The position numbers were made by a program, and so were the translations under genes. This document shows, in pieces, positions 36,752 to 49,598 of a stretch of 64,000 nucleotides of DNA (the stretch's first letter is position 1; each line of letters opens with the position of its first letter). Location of the stretch: NCBI RefSeq assembly GCF_037042905.1, contig NC_087245.1, forward strand, positions 124,001 through 188,000. Direction: 5' to 3'. This DNA comes from Lytechinus pictus (lineage: Eukaryota). A model generated the notes under the pieces. It was not told where the DNA came from and ran no database searches. It was given only the letters and a program-made list of their open reading frames with translations.

Positions 36752-38264
36752 GGATGGTCTAATACCACTTGGTCTACTTATCAGTTCGTCCAACTTCACG
36801 GAGTCTAAACTCATTTCGTCTACAACCAGTTCGCCTAATATCCAATTCGTCTAATTCCCACTTGGTCTAATATCCAATTCGTCTAATTTCCATTTGGCTA
36901 ATAACCAGTTGGGCTAATTTTCACTTGGTCTAATATCCAATTCGTCTAATTCCCACTTGGTCTAATATCCAATTCGTTTAATGAGCAGTTGGGCTAAAAC
37001 CATTTAGTCTAATTTCCAGTTGATCTAATACCACTTGGTCTAATTTCCACTTTGGCTAATTTCCACTTAGTCTAATTTTCATTTCATCTAATTGTCACAT
37101 GGTCTAATGACCGTTTGGTCTAATTTCCATTTGGTCTAATATACAATTAGTCTAATGACCACTTGGTTTAATAGCCAACGGTCTAATGACCACTTGGTCT
37201 AATCGCCACTTGGTCTAATGTCCATTTATTCTAACATAACATCATTCATTATTTATTTAATCTAGAATTAACAAATATGGTACGTAGTGGATAAATACCA
37301 TGCATCAAAAGTTACAAAGCCATTATATCATGTAATTGTTTTATGAATATTTTGTTAAGTTATTCCAATAGTTAGTTTGGAGGCAAATAACAGACCACTT
37401 AGATATAGTTTGATTACACTATAGCTGTTAACTATCTACAGTAGATCATATACATAGAGGTGGATAAATAAACATCATATTTTTCCACCTCAATGATCAA
37501 ATAAACAGCGTTATTTTACAGAAAAATAGCAAAATTTATTGTTTTTCCCCAAATCAAAACCTTCAAAAATCCCCAAAGTTTGTATAATCTCCAAACTTTT
37601 TTTTCATCTCCACAGGCTTTGAAAATCCCCATATTTGGGAATGGAAATATAGTCACTCCAACTGCACTCCAATATCGAGGGGCGCGCGTTTGAAAATTCG
37701 AAGCCGGCGAGCGGAAAGTTACTTTAAAAATTTCACCAGAAAATTGAAAACAAGTCACCATGCAAACTTTACAAATTAGACGAAATGAATGGTAGACTAT
37801 CTGGAAATTAGACCAAGTGGAAATTAGCCGAAGTGGAAATGAGACCAAGTGGATATTAGCCGGAATGGAAATTAGACCAACCGCCATTAGACCAACTGAA
37901 TAATGGACCAAGTGAGGATTAGACCAACTGGTATTAGACCAACTAGTATTAGACCAAGTGACAATAAAATTCATTAGACGAAATGGCAATTAGACCAAAT
38001 GAAAATTAGACCAAGTGACGATTAGCCCAACTGGCCATTAGACCAGGTGGCTATTAGACCAAGTGATCATTAGACCAATTGGCTATTAGACCAAGTGGTC
38101 ATTAGACCAATTGGCTACTAGACCAAGTAGTCATTACACTTATTGGCTATTAGGCCAAGTGGTCACTAGACCAAAAGAGAATTGGACTAAGTGGGTTTCG
38201 TCCGAATGTTGTTAGCCCATCTGATGATTAGACCAAGTGATATTAGACCATCCGTCAGTAAACC
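36752..38264. mobile_element. Foldback element with inverted ~20-bp minisatellite arms
   Basis: CACTTGGTCTAAT array at ~36752-37225, reverse-complement ATTAGACCAAGTG array at ~37775-38255; 8-bp TSD CTACCAAC at 36744-36751 and 38265-38272. Confidence 0.85.
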
Positions 38265-38543
38265 CTACCAACAGCCATATTATTTTTTACGAAAATGTCT
38301 TACTCAAATCACGGAAAGGAATGGGCAGGATAATTTTCCAGTAAATCAGGGCGCAGCGCAACCATTTCATCACTTTCTCCTTTTTTTCCCGGGAATAAAC
38401 ATATGGCACACTAGCTAGCGCCAGGCCTCAATACGGACAGCGCCATCTATCATGTTTGAGCCTACAGTCATAACAATGGCTGACTTTGCGAAGCTGCGAA
38501 CTGCGATGATCAAATTTTAAAACTTCAATCAATTCATCAGGTA

Positions 38544-38708
38544 CACTGTAAAAAATGAAGTGCTAATTTAGCACTTATGGTGCTTGTATAGTGACTGCGC
38601 TACGAGTGCCGATTTTCTAGTTCAAATTTAAACTAGAAAATCAGCACTCGTAGCGCAGTCACTATACAAGCACTGTAAGTGCTAAATTAGCACTTCATTT
38701 TTACAGTG
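38544..38708. mobile_element. 165-bp near-perfect palindromic MITE (CACTGT termini)
   Basis: TA|CACTGTAAAAAATGAAGTGCTAATTTAGCAC ... GTGCTAAATTAGCACTTCATTTTTACAGTG|TA; self-complementary to the centre. Confidence 0.9.
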
Positions 38709-39917
38709 TAAATTTTCCAAGATTTTTGGTAACCAATCAATTTCATTTCCGTAAAAACGCATAATTTGCACTGACACTGCATTGAATACTGTCTGTGTCT
38801 ACGCCCACTACAGTAGACTACGTGTAGCTAACATAGGGGAGGCAGATGCTTGTATTTGATATTGGGTCTCCCAGATCCGGATAAATCCCTTATCCGGATT
38901 GGTGCTGGTCCCAACGTATCCGGATAAGAGAGGTTGGACTGTATCTGTAATTTATGATAGTGACTGCCAGCTTGCAGTGAAAAAGGACAATAGGATTAGT
39001 TTAATATGTTGTTTACATTCTTCATTTCACTGAGGTCATTCAAGAGTCTTCTAGAGTGGGACTGCTCTAGAAAGAAGGAGAATTATCTTTATAGAGGCAA
39101 TTCTAGAAGCTTCCAGAATAGTGGACATTATAAGCTGGCAGTTTCTTTAAGAAAGATATAGTTTCAGAGGCGAGACTTCATTTCAGAGCATAGTTTATCT
39201 CCACCTGGAATACAATGTTATTAACTTCTGTGGAATTATTTGCACACCATCAATGAACTTTTTGCAGTTAATTTGAGAGAAGAATTCTTAGTTCTCATCG
39301 AGATCATCAACCTGTTTCAAAGAACATTTATCAACCCATGGAATGCTGAAATTGACTGTTTATCATCATCCACTTCGTCTTCATGGACATTTCAACTCAC
39401 TACAGTGACTGTAATTATTCATCACGTTTCAACATCAATTTTATCATCGCCAGCATTGTGGACTCTAACTTTAATAGGGAACTCCTTGCCAGCCAAATCA
39501 AAATATAGTTTTATTCAGAACCGACTCTTCATGATATGTAAGATAATTTTTGTTTTGTTTAGTGTATGATCTACATGTATTTCCTGTAAATAAAGAAAGG
39601 AAACAAATTATTATTTATCTAACTTGTTATTTGTTGCAGTATCACAACAGTATCATGAAGGTCCAATCACAGAGAGCCTTACATGACTTAGCCAATCAGG
39701 GAAGAGGACAGTAGGGCCGTCTGCACCACCCTGAGTTTTCAAATTAGCACGCTATTTCTGATCCGGCAAATTATCCCGATCTGAACAATCTCGAGATTAT
39801 TTATAATGAAGACGCAATTATCGCGCTAGTTCGCTGGATTAATCTCGAGATTGCAATCCCAAGTCAACTTGTGTTTATTTGCAAAACAGCATGCTATTTT
39901 ACAAATTATCCCGCTAA

Positions 39918-41560
39918 TTGCACCGTTCATCTGCAGTAACAGCAGTCCTTCAGGAGAAAGTGATAAGCTTCTTTGAAAGAGATGACGTCAGTAGATGCAT
40001 GCCTGGTAAATGGGTTGCAACGAAGAATGACGAGAAACAGAAGATTCAAACTCGCATCCGACTGACTATCTCACCAACATCTATGGAAAGTTCTGCTCTG
40101 ATAACCCAGACGTCACAATCTCCTTTTCCAAATTCTGCAAGCTCAGACCAAGACATGTAAAACTCACATCACTGCTCTCCAGAAATACATGTCTTTGTAC
40201 TACTCATCAAAACATGGCCATGAAATTGAAATGCTTACACTCCCTTGGATTGGACGTCCCAGTAAACCCTGAAACAGCGAGCAAGGAAGTAACCAACGAA
40301 CAGATGATAGAACTGATATCACAGCTGTCTAAAGATGAGATAGAGTATGAAGCATGGGAAAAAGTGGATGTCAATGAAATCAAGAAGATGCGGATCCGAA
40401 AACTCAAGAAAAATCGCACAGATTTTATTGAAATAATGAGGAAGGAATATGCATCTTTCCTATCTCATGTTAGGAGGGTCCGTCAGCAGTTCGAGGCACT
40501 GGCTAAACTGAAGAGATCACTCCCAGTAAATCAGGCCATAGTTCAAATGGACTTTTCGGAGAACTTCGTTTGCCAGAATGCCGACGAAGTGCAATGTGCA
40601 TATTGGCACAGTACGAGCGTCATGTTGCACCCAGTAGTCGTATACTACAAGACCCATGATGGCGAGCAACTCAAGGACAAAAGCTATGTCTTTGAGTCAG
40701 ATCTTGGAGATCACAATGCCAAAGCTGCCGTCGCTATACCCAACAAGCAACTCCCACTACTGAAAGAGCTACTTCCCGATCTGACTGCTGTCCACTACTG
40801 GACAGACAGTCCCTCATCCCAGTATCGCAATTGGTACATATTCAGCACACTTTGTCAGCACCAGAACCTCTACGGGGTAAGCGCCCAGTGGAGTGCGGAC
40901 ATATTAAGAGTGTCTGCGATGGCCTTGGAGGCACTGCGAGGCGACAAGCTAGCGACGCTGTCAAACAGGTTTCTCCTGGGCTTCCACCAATGAGAAGAAA
41001 TCAAATACATCATGTACTCACAGCAGGACTATGCTGATGCTTCGGAAATGCTTTTTAAAGCCAATTGCCAACCCATTCCAGGCATGATGAAAGTGCATGC
41101 TGTTATTCCCACTAGCGAATCGCACATGCTTGTGAGATCCGTGTCTTGTTACTGTAAGAACTGTATGGACGGTTCCCGCAGATGTGAAGGATGGGTCAGT
41201 CGACGACTCAAAGCAAAGAAAAACAAGCCCAAAGAATCTGATTGTAGTTCCACAACTGAGGCTGGTGAACCACAAGTGCCTTCAAACATACCTGTAGTTG
41301 GAATGTTTGTTGCTGCCACTTACTCGGATGACTGGTACATTGGTAAGGTGGTAGAGGTAGACAAGGAAGATCAAGATCACCTTCATGACTATGGCTCACT
41401 CAAAGCTGCAGTGCCTGGCATTCAAATGGCCACAGAGTAAAGATGAATTGTGGATCCCATTCAATGACATTCTGACCAGAGTTCCGCCTCCAACTCCCAT
41501 TGGAAAGTCAGAGATTTTTCAAGGTTCCTGCAGAAACACTTAGCCTGATTAAAAACTTGA
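39918..41560 (+). pseudogene. Frameshifted DDD transposase relic, Sola2-like
   Basis: Motifs across shifting frames: FFERDDVSRCMPG, QMDFSENF, QCAYW, LHPVVVYY, DH, HYWTDSPSSQYRN, ECGHIKSVCDGLGG, SCYCKNC, FVAATYSDDWYIGKV; superfamily assignment from recalled motif pattern. Confidence 0.8.
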
Positions 41561-41634
41561 AGCTCTCGTTGTAAAATGACACAATTACAGAGAGTGTTTT
41601 TCTGCCTAATTGATATGGTATTTTGAACAATTGT

Positions 41635-44600
41635 GGTCATTTTCAAACGTGAGTGACACGACAATCGGAAAGGGTTAAGGGCTCATATCTTCAAACTTAA
41701 AGGTTATGAATCAAACTTTATGACTACTATATTATATACAATGTAGGACTGGCATGGGCCACTACCAGTTTGATTTGAATTCTACAATTCGTTTAGTAGA
41801 TATGATTAAAAAATGGTGGATGAGTGACACAAAAAATTTTGGACATTGGTTTCTGACCATTATCACCTATGATTGCATTCGTGCCCAAGTAGTTGTCAAG
41901 GAGTACTGTGAGTACCAGTAAATGGACCTAAATAGTGTACCTATCTAACACATATAGTCAAAATCAATCAAACCTCTATGGAAAATGGTACCCTCCTATA
42001 TAATGTGAGTGACACGACATCCAAAACGTGAGTGACACGACAAGTGCAAAAATACAACATTTATCTCAACAATGAAAGTATTTTGGCACAATGTAAGAGA
42101 AAAATACCATCAACCAAAAAACAAGCTTAATTACATAACTGCTTTCTTTAAAGTTGATATTTCATCCTGATGGTTTATTCTTGGTTTGTGGTCATATTTG
42201 CCCATCAACTCACATTCCCTATACCATACCGCATCATTGTCACACTCGGGCTTCTACCACTCTCCTCTTTAAAGGAGGCACTTGAAGGAGGTGTTATGTG
42301 GCTTTCGCATTGACATCAACTCCCAACATTTTTTTTTTGTGGCTTGATGTCATTCAAAATTTATACTCTTTTTTTCCCTATCCATAAATGACAGTTTACA
42401 GGTTTACAACTCAACATCCACAACTGATGGAATAATTTTTCCTTGTAAGAAAGGGATATTCTCCATAGTCACTCACATCATCTAGCATGGTCTGGTAGCC
42501 TATGATGTCATGTATGACTCCTTTTTCTTGAAATATTGGACTACAATATTATCCTCCTTTAATATTTTAGGCATTGTCCAAATAGGACTTGGCAGCTTCA
42601 ATGTCTTTTTTCGTACCAAACCACAGTTACTTCGCTGCACACTTCAGATCAGCAAATCCTTGAGAAACTTGGGGATCAATTTCAACTCATCAAGCATTGG
42701 TTTTTTTTCCTGAACACGGCTTGTATATGGACCCTCCCAAGGCAGTAGGCACTGTACCAAAATTCAGAGCTGTGCTTTTAGCAGGAATCTAGCAAGCGGC
42801 TTTTCATGGCTAATTATTTGATCATAAACAAAACCACAGGGAATCCAGGGAAAGCCACGAGATGAAAGACGCATAGTCAGTACCTGATTCTTGCAGTCTG
42901 TTAATATTACCTACAAGTCATTAGCTTTTCCTTTTCTAAGCCCTTGGATGTCACACCGAAATTCAATTCAGCATCCCTAACCTTCAAATACTCCCTCTAT
43001 ACCTCCATAGCGTTTTTCCCTCAAGGTCCAGCTCTGTTCTAACCAGGGTACAATCAATTGATCTACATGAAAACACGGCAACCCATCCAAAGTTGCTAAA
43101 ATCCAAATGTGCTCTTGGTTGGGACTTGTTGGGACCTACATGAACATATATCATTTTGTTGTATGAATAAAATGCAAATCTGCTCTGAACACACATCGGC
43201 CCGCTTTCGGTAGTTTGCTGTTCAGCGCCTACATGTAGTTAATCACAAGTGGTATGAATGGTGGCCGAACAAAGAATGATTTTGAACTTGGCATGTAGCT
43301 GCTTCAAGTAATATCCAAAATGTTCTATCAAATCTCAGTACATTCTCACCTGAAATTTTCTTGCAAATTTGTTTATTTCATGTCCTCGAATACAAGCTTT
43401 GTGGCAAAAGAAGGTTGATCAATCAGAAGGAAAGAAAAAGATTTTCTTTTCTGATTTTGAAAGAATGTTTGGTGTTCACGGAGATCTCTTATATATCATA
43501 CACTTCTCTACCACTAAAATTTCTGCAAATTTCATAATAAGATCCCTGACATTGCTAGCTTTCTTAATGAGTAAAACAAATAAATAACATTGCTAAAAAG
43601 AAAGGTGAACTTTCTGCTCATTTCAGTAAATGGAGACAGAAGAATGTTCAAGTCATGCCTGTATGACTTGAACCATCACCAACTCTTTATTGTAAATATG
43701 CTGTTTTCTAAGTATACTTGGTGTTTCTCTTGAAACATTCATAATTTTTTGTTGATTGATTTTGTTGTTACATGTATATTCTTAATGTCAGTACATTCAC
43801 CAAAATATGAATTAGGATCTGAGTCTTCACACCAATGGAAAGTTGTCAGAATTTTTGAAACCGAGGTGACCATGGAGAGGAGAGAAAGTAGATGAACTCA
43901 ATGTCAAATTCAATATTTCCATTTAAAGGAGTGAAGTTAGGAAAATTGAGAAAATTATTAGCCTAAAATAGGCCTAAATGATGTCAGGAACAACATTTTG
44001 ACTGTATCCCTGAATATATATAGATCTAGTAAAATGCTTCAAAAATTATTGGATGTCCTTTTTTATGCACAATATGATACCGTGAGTGACACAACATTGT
44101 GAGTGACACGACACAACTTTGGGTGTGTTTATGCTTCCATTGCGAGGACAGAATCAGCTTTTTCAAACGTCGATCCAAAACGCTGATCGTAAACGTGGTT
44201 CTGGGAGTGCTGTTTATGCTAACTTTTCAGAGGCAAAATCACGATCTCCAGCTGGCTTCGCATCGTAATTTTCGTTGAGCAGGAAAGCGAGGTCAAATTG
44301 GGCGCGCCCTTTTTCGAAAAAAAAATTTCCGAGTGTTGTTATGGGGAAGGTACGTCGACTGTTATATAAACATCAAACAATTTCCGATATTTTAGTCATT
44401 GCATTGAGCTTCTTGATATAGCCATATAATTTCCACCATGGTGAGGATAATAGTAAGAAAAATAAAGAATATTAAGTACACAAAATAATAAAATATATAT
44501 TTCTTTATGCTATACTGGGGCATCTGGCGATGTCTCCTCATTATAACTCATGTTCCAGGTTTTTTTTTTGTAAATCCTTTAATGTTCATCGTGATGACAA

Positions 44601-45483
44601 ATTGGAAGAGTAATACTAGTAATAGTACTACACATGCAAAACAAGGGAGATGAGAGGTAATTCCGTGGAGGTAACATGCGACCATGGAACAATGCGACTG
44701 TATTTGCCCGCGGATTTTCATCTCACCGGAAGCATGTACCAAATGACGTCATTTAAACACGTTTACGATCGTGGTTCTGTTTATACTTCCCCAGAAAGCC
44801 TGATTCTGGTCAAACGACGTTTACAAACGCACCTTTTTGTGAGTTTACGATCGGCCTTTTGAAACAGCGTTTAAATTAAAGTAAGCATGGACGCAACCGT
44901 GTTTTGGACTAATCACGTTTGGAAACGCTGATTCTGGCCTGAAAAGTGGAAGCATAAACACGGCCTTTAACAGTTAATTTTAGGATTACCTTAACACATT
45001 GGACCAAGTTACTTTATATACAATAAGGTACAGGAAAACTGTATTTGCTCATGTACTGGGATAAATTAATTTTTAGAATACACAGCTCTAGAAAACTTTT
45101 TGTCTTTAAAACGTGAGTGACACGACAACCAGTTTTGAAAACTTTGAAGCCCTATTTTTTCAGAAAAACACTTAAGAGAGTTTTTTTTTTGCTATTTAGG
45201 AGTTTAGAATACACAGCTTGTATCTTGCCAACAAATGCGCTTCTAATACAAATTTTATATTGTGATAGCCAATATGTGAATTTTAATGCAAAAATCAACA
45301 TTTTGTGACATTAAATTTCCCTTGCACTAAATTCACTGTATCTCAAGACATAATGAATAATTTTATGTAACTGAAATGGAAAAATATACTTTAAGATGTC
45401 TAGTTTCAAAAAACATTAAAGCCTAATGATTTTTAGCAAGTTTTAATTTTCAACCCCATGTCTACTTTAGTTTGAAAATGACC
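41635..45483. mobile_element. Decayed TIR element with repeated GTGAGTGACACGAC motifs
   Basis: 14-bp TIR GGTCATTTTCAAAC / GTTTGAAAATGACC; flanks TTGT and TTAT (possible 4-bp TSD, one mismatch); motif at about 41649, 42005, 42028, 44081, 44099, 45113. Confidence 0.65.
44121..44965. mobile_element. PIF/Harbinger-type MITE
   Basis: TIR GGGTGTGTTTATGCTTCCA / TGGAAGCATAAACACGGCC; TTT on both flanks. Confidence 0.8.
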
Positions 45484-45779
45484 TTATGTTTTAGCGTTCT
45501 ACATAAAACAGGTTCTGAACAAACCTTTATATTTTCATCCATGGTCTTTTGGATGTGTGCATTTGAACTGTTATTTCAAACTTTAAACATTCTTTATTTG
45601 AGCATACATTTACTTTTTGGGAACTTATCTTTTTCACTTTCATAGTTTCATGTGATAAAGCTATCACGTTTGAAGAAGAGACTTTTGTTTGAAAACGACT
45701 AATGACACTTCACTGATGCAGAGTATTTTGAACTACCTGCATCAATTTTATTATTGTAACATTCTTCTGACAACAAACT

Positions 45780-46526
45780 CTCGCGAGGCCGAGGAAGACG
45801 AAGCTTCTGCTAAGTCTGGAATAGCGGGAGCAATCAGGCAGGCACTGCAAGATATCCTAACGGAAGAGTCATTTGTGAAACAACTTGTCAGCTCCATTAA
45901 ATCCCTTCTCGTAAAAGAAATCGAAGCAACAGTTTCTGATCATGTAGAATCCCTTCAGTTTGAAAATGCGAATCTCTGAGATGAAGTAGGGCGCTTGCAA
46001 GGGAGAGTGGTAGACCTGGAATCGACATCTGAAGAGGCCGAGCAGTACTCGCGACAAAACTGCCTGGTATTTAGCGGTGTGCCTGAATCCAATAATGAGA
46101 ATACAGACGAAAAGATCGTTGAATATGTGAGCAGAATCTCGGGATAAAGCTTAAATCATCCGACATCGACAGGTCCCATCGTCTGACGAACCATGGTGGG
46201 ATGAAGGAAAGATCTGACTCCAAGCCTACGGGAAAGGAGAATCCACGGCCACGGAATATCATCATAAAATTCTCCAACTACAATGCCCGGGATGCAATCT
46301 ACAGGGCAGAAGCAAGCTAAAGGGCAAGGATACCTTCATCTTCATAAATGAAAATCTAACAAGGAAGCAAGCCCAGTTATTCTGGAAAGTGAAGAAAAGC
46401 AACCACAAATATGTTAAAAGAGTTTGGACGCAAGACGGGAAAATCATGGCCAGGAATAAAGCAGGAAAAAAGGTAAAAATAACAAGCGAAAAGGACATTG
46501 CAGAATTAGACAAACTGAAGGAATAG
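45780..46526 (+). pseudogene. LINE ORF1 remnant (coiled coil plus RRM-type domain)
   Basis: EQYSRQNCLVFSGVPE, DIDRSHRL, PRNIIIKF, IFINENLT, VWTQDGKI; in-frame stop at 45977 and frameshifts. Confidence 0.85.
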
Positions 46527-46743
46527 ACTTCTATGAACTACTGCAAAACAAACTAGCCTTAGGCCATGAAACTTACCTCAATGTACATGTAAATCAACAT
46601 TGACTTTGCACACAGGCTGGTAGAGGGGATGTTAATTGTTTATTCCATAAAGGTCTGTTTAATAAATCACTTAATGTTTCTTTTATCATTCTTTTCTTTC
46701 TTTGTTTTTAACTTGTGTCTCATTGTATATTTATTATGTCATC

Positions 46744-47570
46744 AGGTGGTTTCAGACCGCCTCGAAGTTCGTCAGTTCAGGTATTCTCTGATCGGAAATT
46801 TATCCCGATCAGAAAATACCAGGTATTTTGGTAATGTGAAAGCATACTACGCGTAATATTCCTGAAAGAAAATACCCGCTAAATAGTAGGTACTTGGCGA
46901 AATTACGAGAACTTTCGTGGGGATTTTTCCAAGGTCGTGGGTATTTTGGCAATCTGAAAGCAAACTACGGGAACTTGTATCCCATCGATCACCGCCATAA
47001 GTGAATTTCCGGTTCATAGCCCGCGCTGTTCGATATGCATGGATATGCGAGGCCTACCAGCAAGCCAGCGCCAGTGCACATGCAGCGATAAACATACGTA
47101 CAATTTTCATGCGACGTGACCCGGGGTTCGACTTTGATTAGGCGGTTGATTCTTCTTCTTAAAAAAAATAGTTTTACGAATTAAGGGTGATATTTACCCG
47201 TATTCTACATTTTCATACCAGATGACATCGCACTGGAGTGAGGAGGCCACCAAGGCCTTGATTTCAATGTGGAGAGAAATCTAGTGCAATTGCAGATGAT
47301 CAAGGGAACAAATGATTTGTGCATACGATCGAGTATTGTTAGTACGTGCTAGAGCTACGCCGGCCGTCCCCCAATCGTACCGCTAAAAGCGCGCGCTTCT
47401 TCGTCTGCTACCAGACAGTACTGCGCATGCTCATAACTTCGAGAAATTTCCCCAAAGAGTGTGTTTCGGGGCGGTCTGAATATGGGATTAATTATCTGGT
47501 ATTTTTTAGCATGTAAATGTTCTTGTAATTTGACGGGGATTCTTGTGATCGAGGCGGTTTGAAACCACCT
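46744..47570. mobile_element. PIF/Harbinger-type MITE inside the LINE spacer
   Basis: Same ends as 20664-21141 in opposite orientation, with ~350 bp of extra interior; flanks ATC/ACT are not an exact TSD. Confidence 0.85.
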
Positions 47571-47884
47571 ACTATGTGCCCTTGCACTTATTTTCTTCAA
47601 TATACTATGTACATAGTACCTTTATATATTCATCACGTAGGTGTTAATGTGTCTGTGTGTGTGAGGGTGTATGTGAATATGTGTAATGGTTGTCCTCAGA
47701 TTTCCTTGTTTCATCTATCCTTGTTGATATTTTATATTTGTATGGTCTGTGACGGATTTGGTTTAAAAACTGTTGTTGTGGTATATATTGTTTACTTGTT
47801 GAAATCTCTCATCATGGATGACGGATCTAATATTTCAGAACCAGTAATGGGTGTTTTTAATTTAGTAAATACCATTATTATATT

Positions 47885-49033
47885 ATAAGTGCAATTGATA
47901 GTGGAAATTTTTGTATTGGTGTGTTTCTAGATTTATCGAAGGCATATGATACTATCGATCATGATATATTATTGTTCAAGCTTGAGCATTATGGTGTTCG
48001 TGGGGCAGCCTTGAGTTGGTTTAAAAATTACTTAAAGAATAGATGTCAGTATGTAATGATTTATGGAGTTAAATCACAATCTAAGGTGGTTAAATGTGGT
48101 GTACCCCAAGGCTCGGTTCTGGGTCCATTATTGTTCTTGATTTATAGTAATGACATTATAAATTCATCAAAATTGTTTACTTATTCACTATTCGCAGATG
48201 ATACTTGCTTACTTTCCCATCACAAGGATATGCATACTCTTATATTCTCAACTAACGATGAAATTAAAAATATATTTAAATGGTTTTGCTGTAACAAGCT
48301 TTTATTAAATGCTAGTAAAACTCAATATGTTGTCTTTAAAACAAGGGGTAAAAGAGTCCCTGAAGATACTAATCCATTATCAATAGGTGGCCATCAGATC
48401 AATCGAAGTCAAGATGTAAGGTTTCTGGGAGTTGTAGTTGATGATCATTTATCATGGAAAAATCACCTCAGTTATATATGTTTGTACTAAGGTATCAAGG
48501 AATGTTGATGTCATTTATAAGTTACGCTTCTCTCTGCCTCAGTAGACCTTAGTAACTGTTTACAATGCTATTATTATGCCACACTTAAATTATTGTAATG
48601 TTGCATGGGGAAATACATATAGGAACCATTTAAACAAACTGCTAATTCTTCAGAAGAAAGTTATGAGGCTCATAACATATTCGAATTACAGATGTCCAAG
48701 TATTCCTTTATTTCTGCAATTGAAGATTTTGCCTCTTGATGATTTAGTCTCCTTCAATTGTTTGATATTTATGTACAAATCACAATCCTCTCAAAACTGT
48801 TCATTTTTAAAAGATGCTTTTGTTGTTAACTCGAATGTCCTTTGTACAATACACGGCAGAAAAATCTTATCCACCAACCACTTGCAAGAACAAATACTGC
48901 TTTGAATTCTTTTGTGATAGTTTGTATCAAAGAATGGAATAATTTACCACAAAGCTTTAGATCCAGTCCAACACTGCCCATATTTAAAAATTCATGTCGA
49001 AATATTTATTTGAAAGATTACAAAATATCTTAA
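47885..49033 (+). pseudogene. LINE ORF2 reverse transcriptase, C-terminal part
   Basis: [63 protein letters not shown]; frameshifts near 48490 and 48840. Confidence 0.92.
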
Positions 49034-49574
49034 ATTGAATCTTGATAAACCATATGTGTGCGTGTGTATGTGTGTGTGTGTGTGTGTGTGGATTTTTGTA
49101 TGTATTTTTCTTATTTACTCTCTAGATTATCATTGTATATATTTTTCATCTCATTCTTGCTGTAATGTTCTGTATAAGGGGCCCCTCTCGCAAGCTCTGC
49201 TTCTATGTGGTCCCAAACCTATCATGTATTCTCATTTTCTTGTTAAACTGTGTAATATGTCTCTTGTTTTGATTGGTTTGAATAAACTTGAACTTGAACT
49301 GGGTAACGGTAATTCATTTTCACGGTTTATGTCTTCAACAGACGAGACTTCAAACTTTTGAATAACTGTATTTTGGGGGCTGAATATCATTCAAATTTGA
49401 ACAAAATGAACAATGATTGAATAATGTGCAGTACTAAAACAGGTAGGGGAGATTAGGGTTAGTTGGAATGCGGGATAAGTTGAAACATTTTTATTTTCTT
49501 TGACGCCTTTAAATAAATTTATGCAATACTGCCCTCAATATATTGCCATTATCAACAGTCATCCACCATATTAC

Positions 49575-49598
49575 CATGGAGCTATTAATAGCTCCATG
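49575..49598. mobile_element. 24-bp perfect palindrome flanked by a 7-bp direct repeat (micro-MITE or footprint)
   Basis: ATATTAC|CATGGAGCTATTAATAGCTCCATG|ATATTAC. Confidence 0.7.

Larger units (their letters stand above)
36573..38941. mobile_element. Tc1/mariner/pogo-type MITE carrying two nested insertions
   Basis: TA|CAGTCCAACCTCTCT ... AGAGAGGTTGGACTG|TA; subterminal TATCCGGAT repeats. Confidence 0.88.
45700..49300 (+). mobile_element. CR1/L2-group non-LTR retrotransposon, internally deleted
   Basis: Decayed ORF1, spacer, 3' half of ORF2, 3' UTR ending AATAA(ACTTGA)n at 49281-49300; 5' boundary approximate. Confidence 0.85.

Noticed and set aside
36752..38264. Second CRISPR-like periodic array and the 157-aa ORF at 37516-37989
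   Set aside because: Minisatellite arms of a foldback element with a TSD; the ORF is repeat-derived (WSNT repeats)
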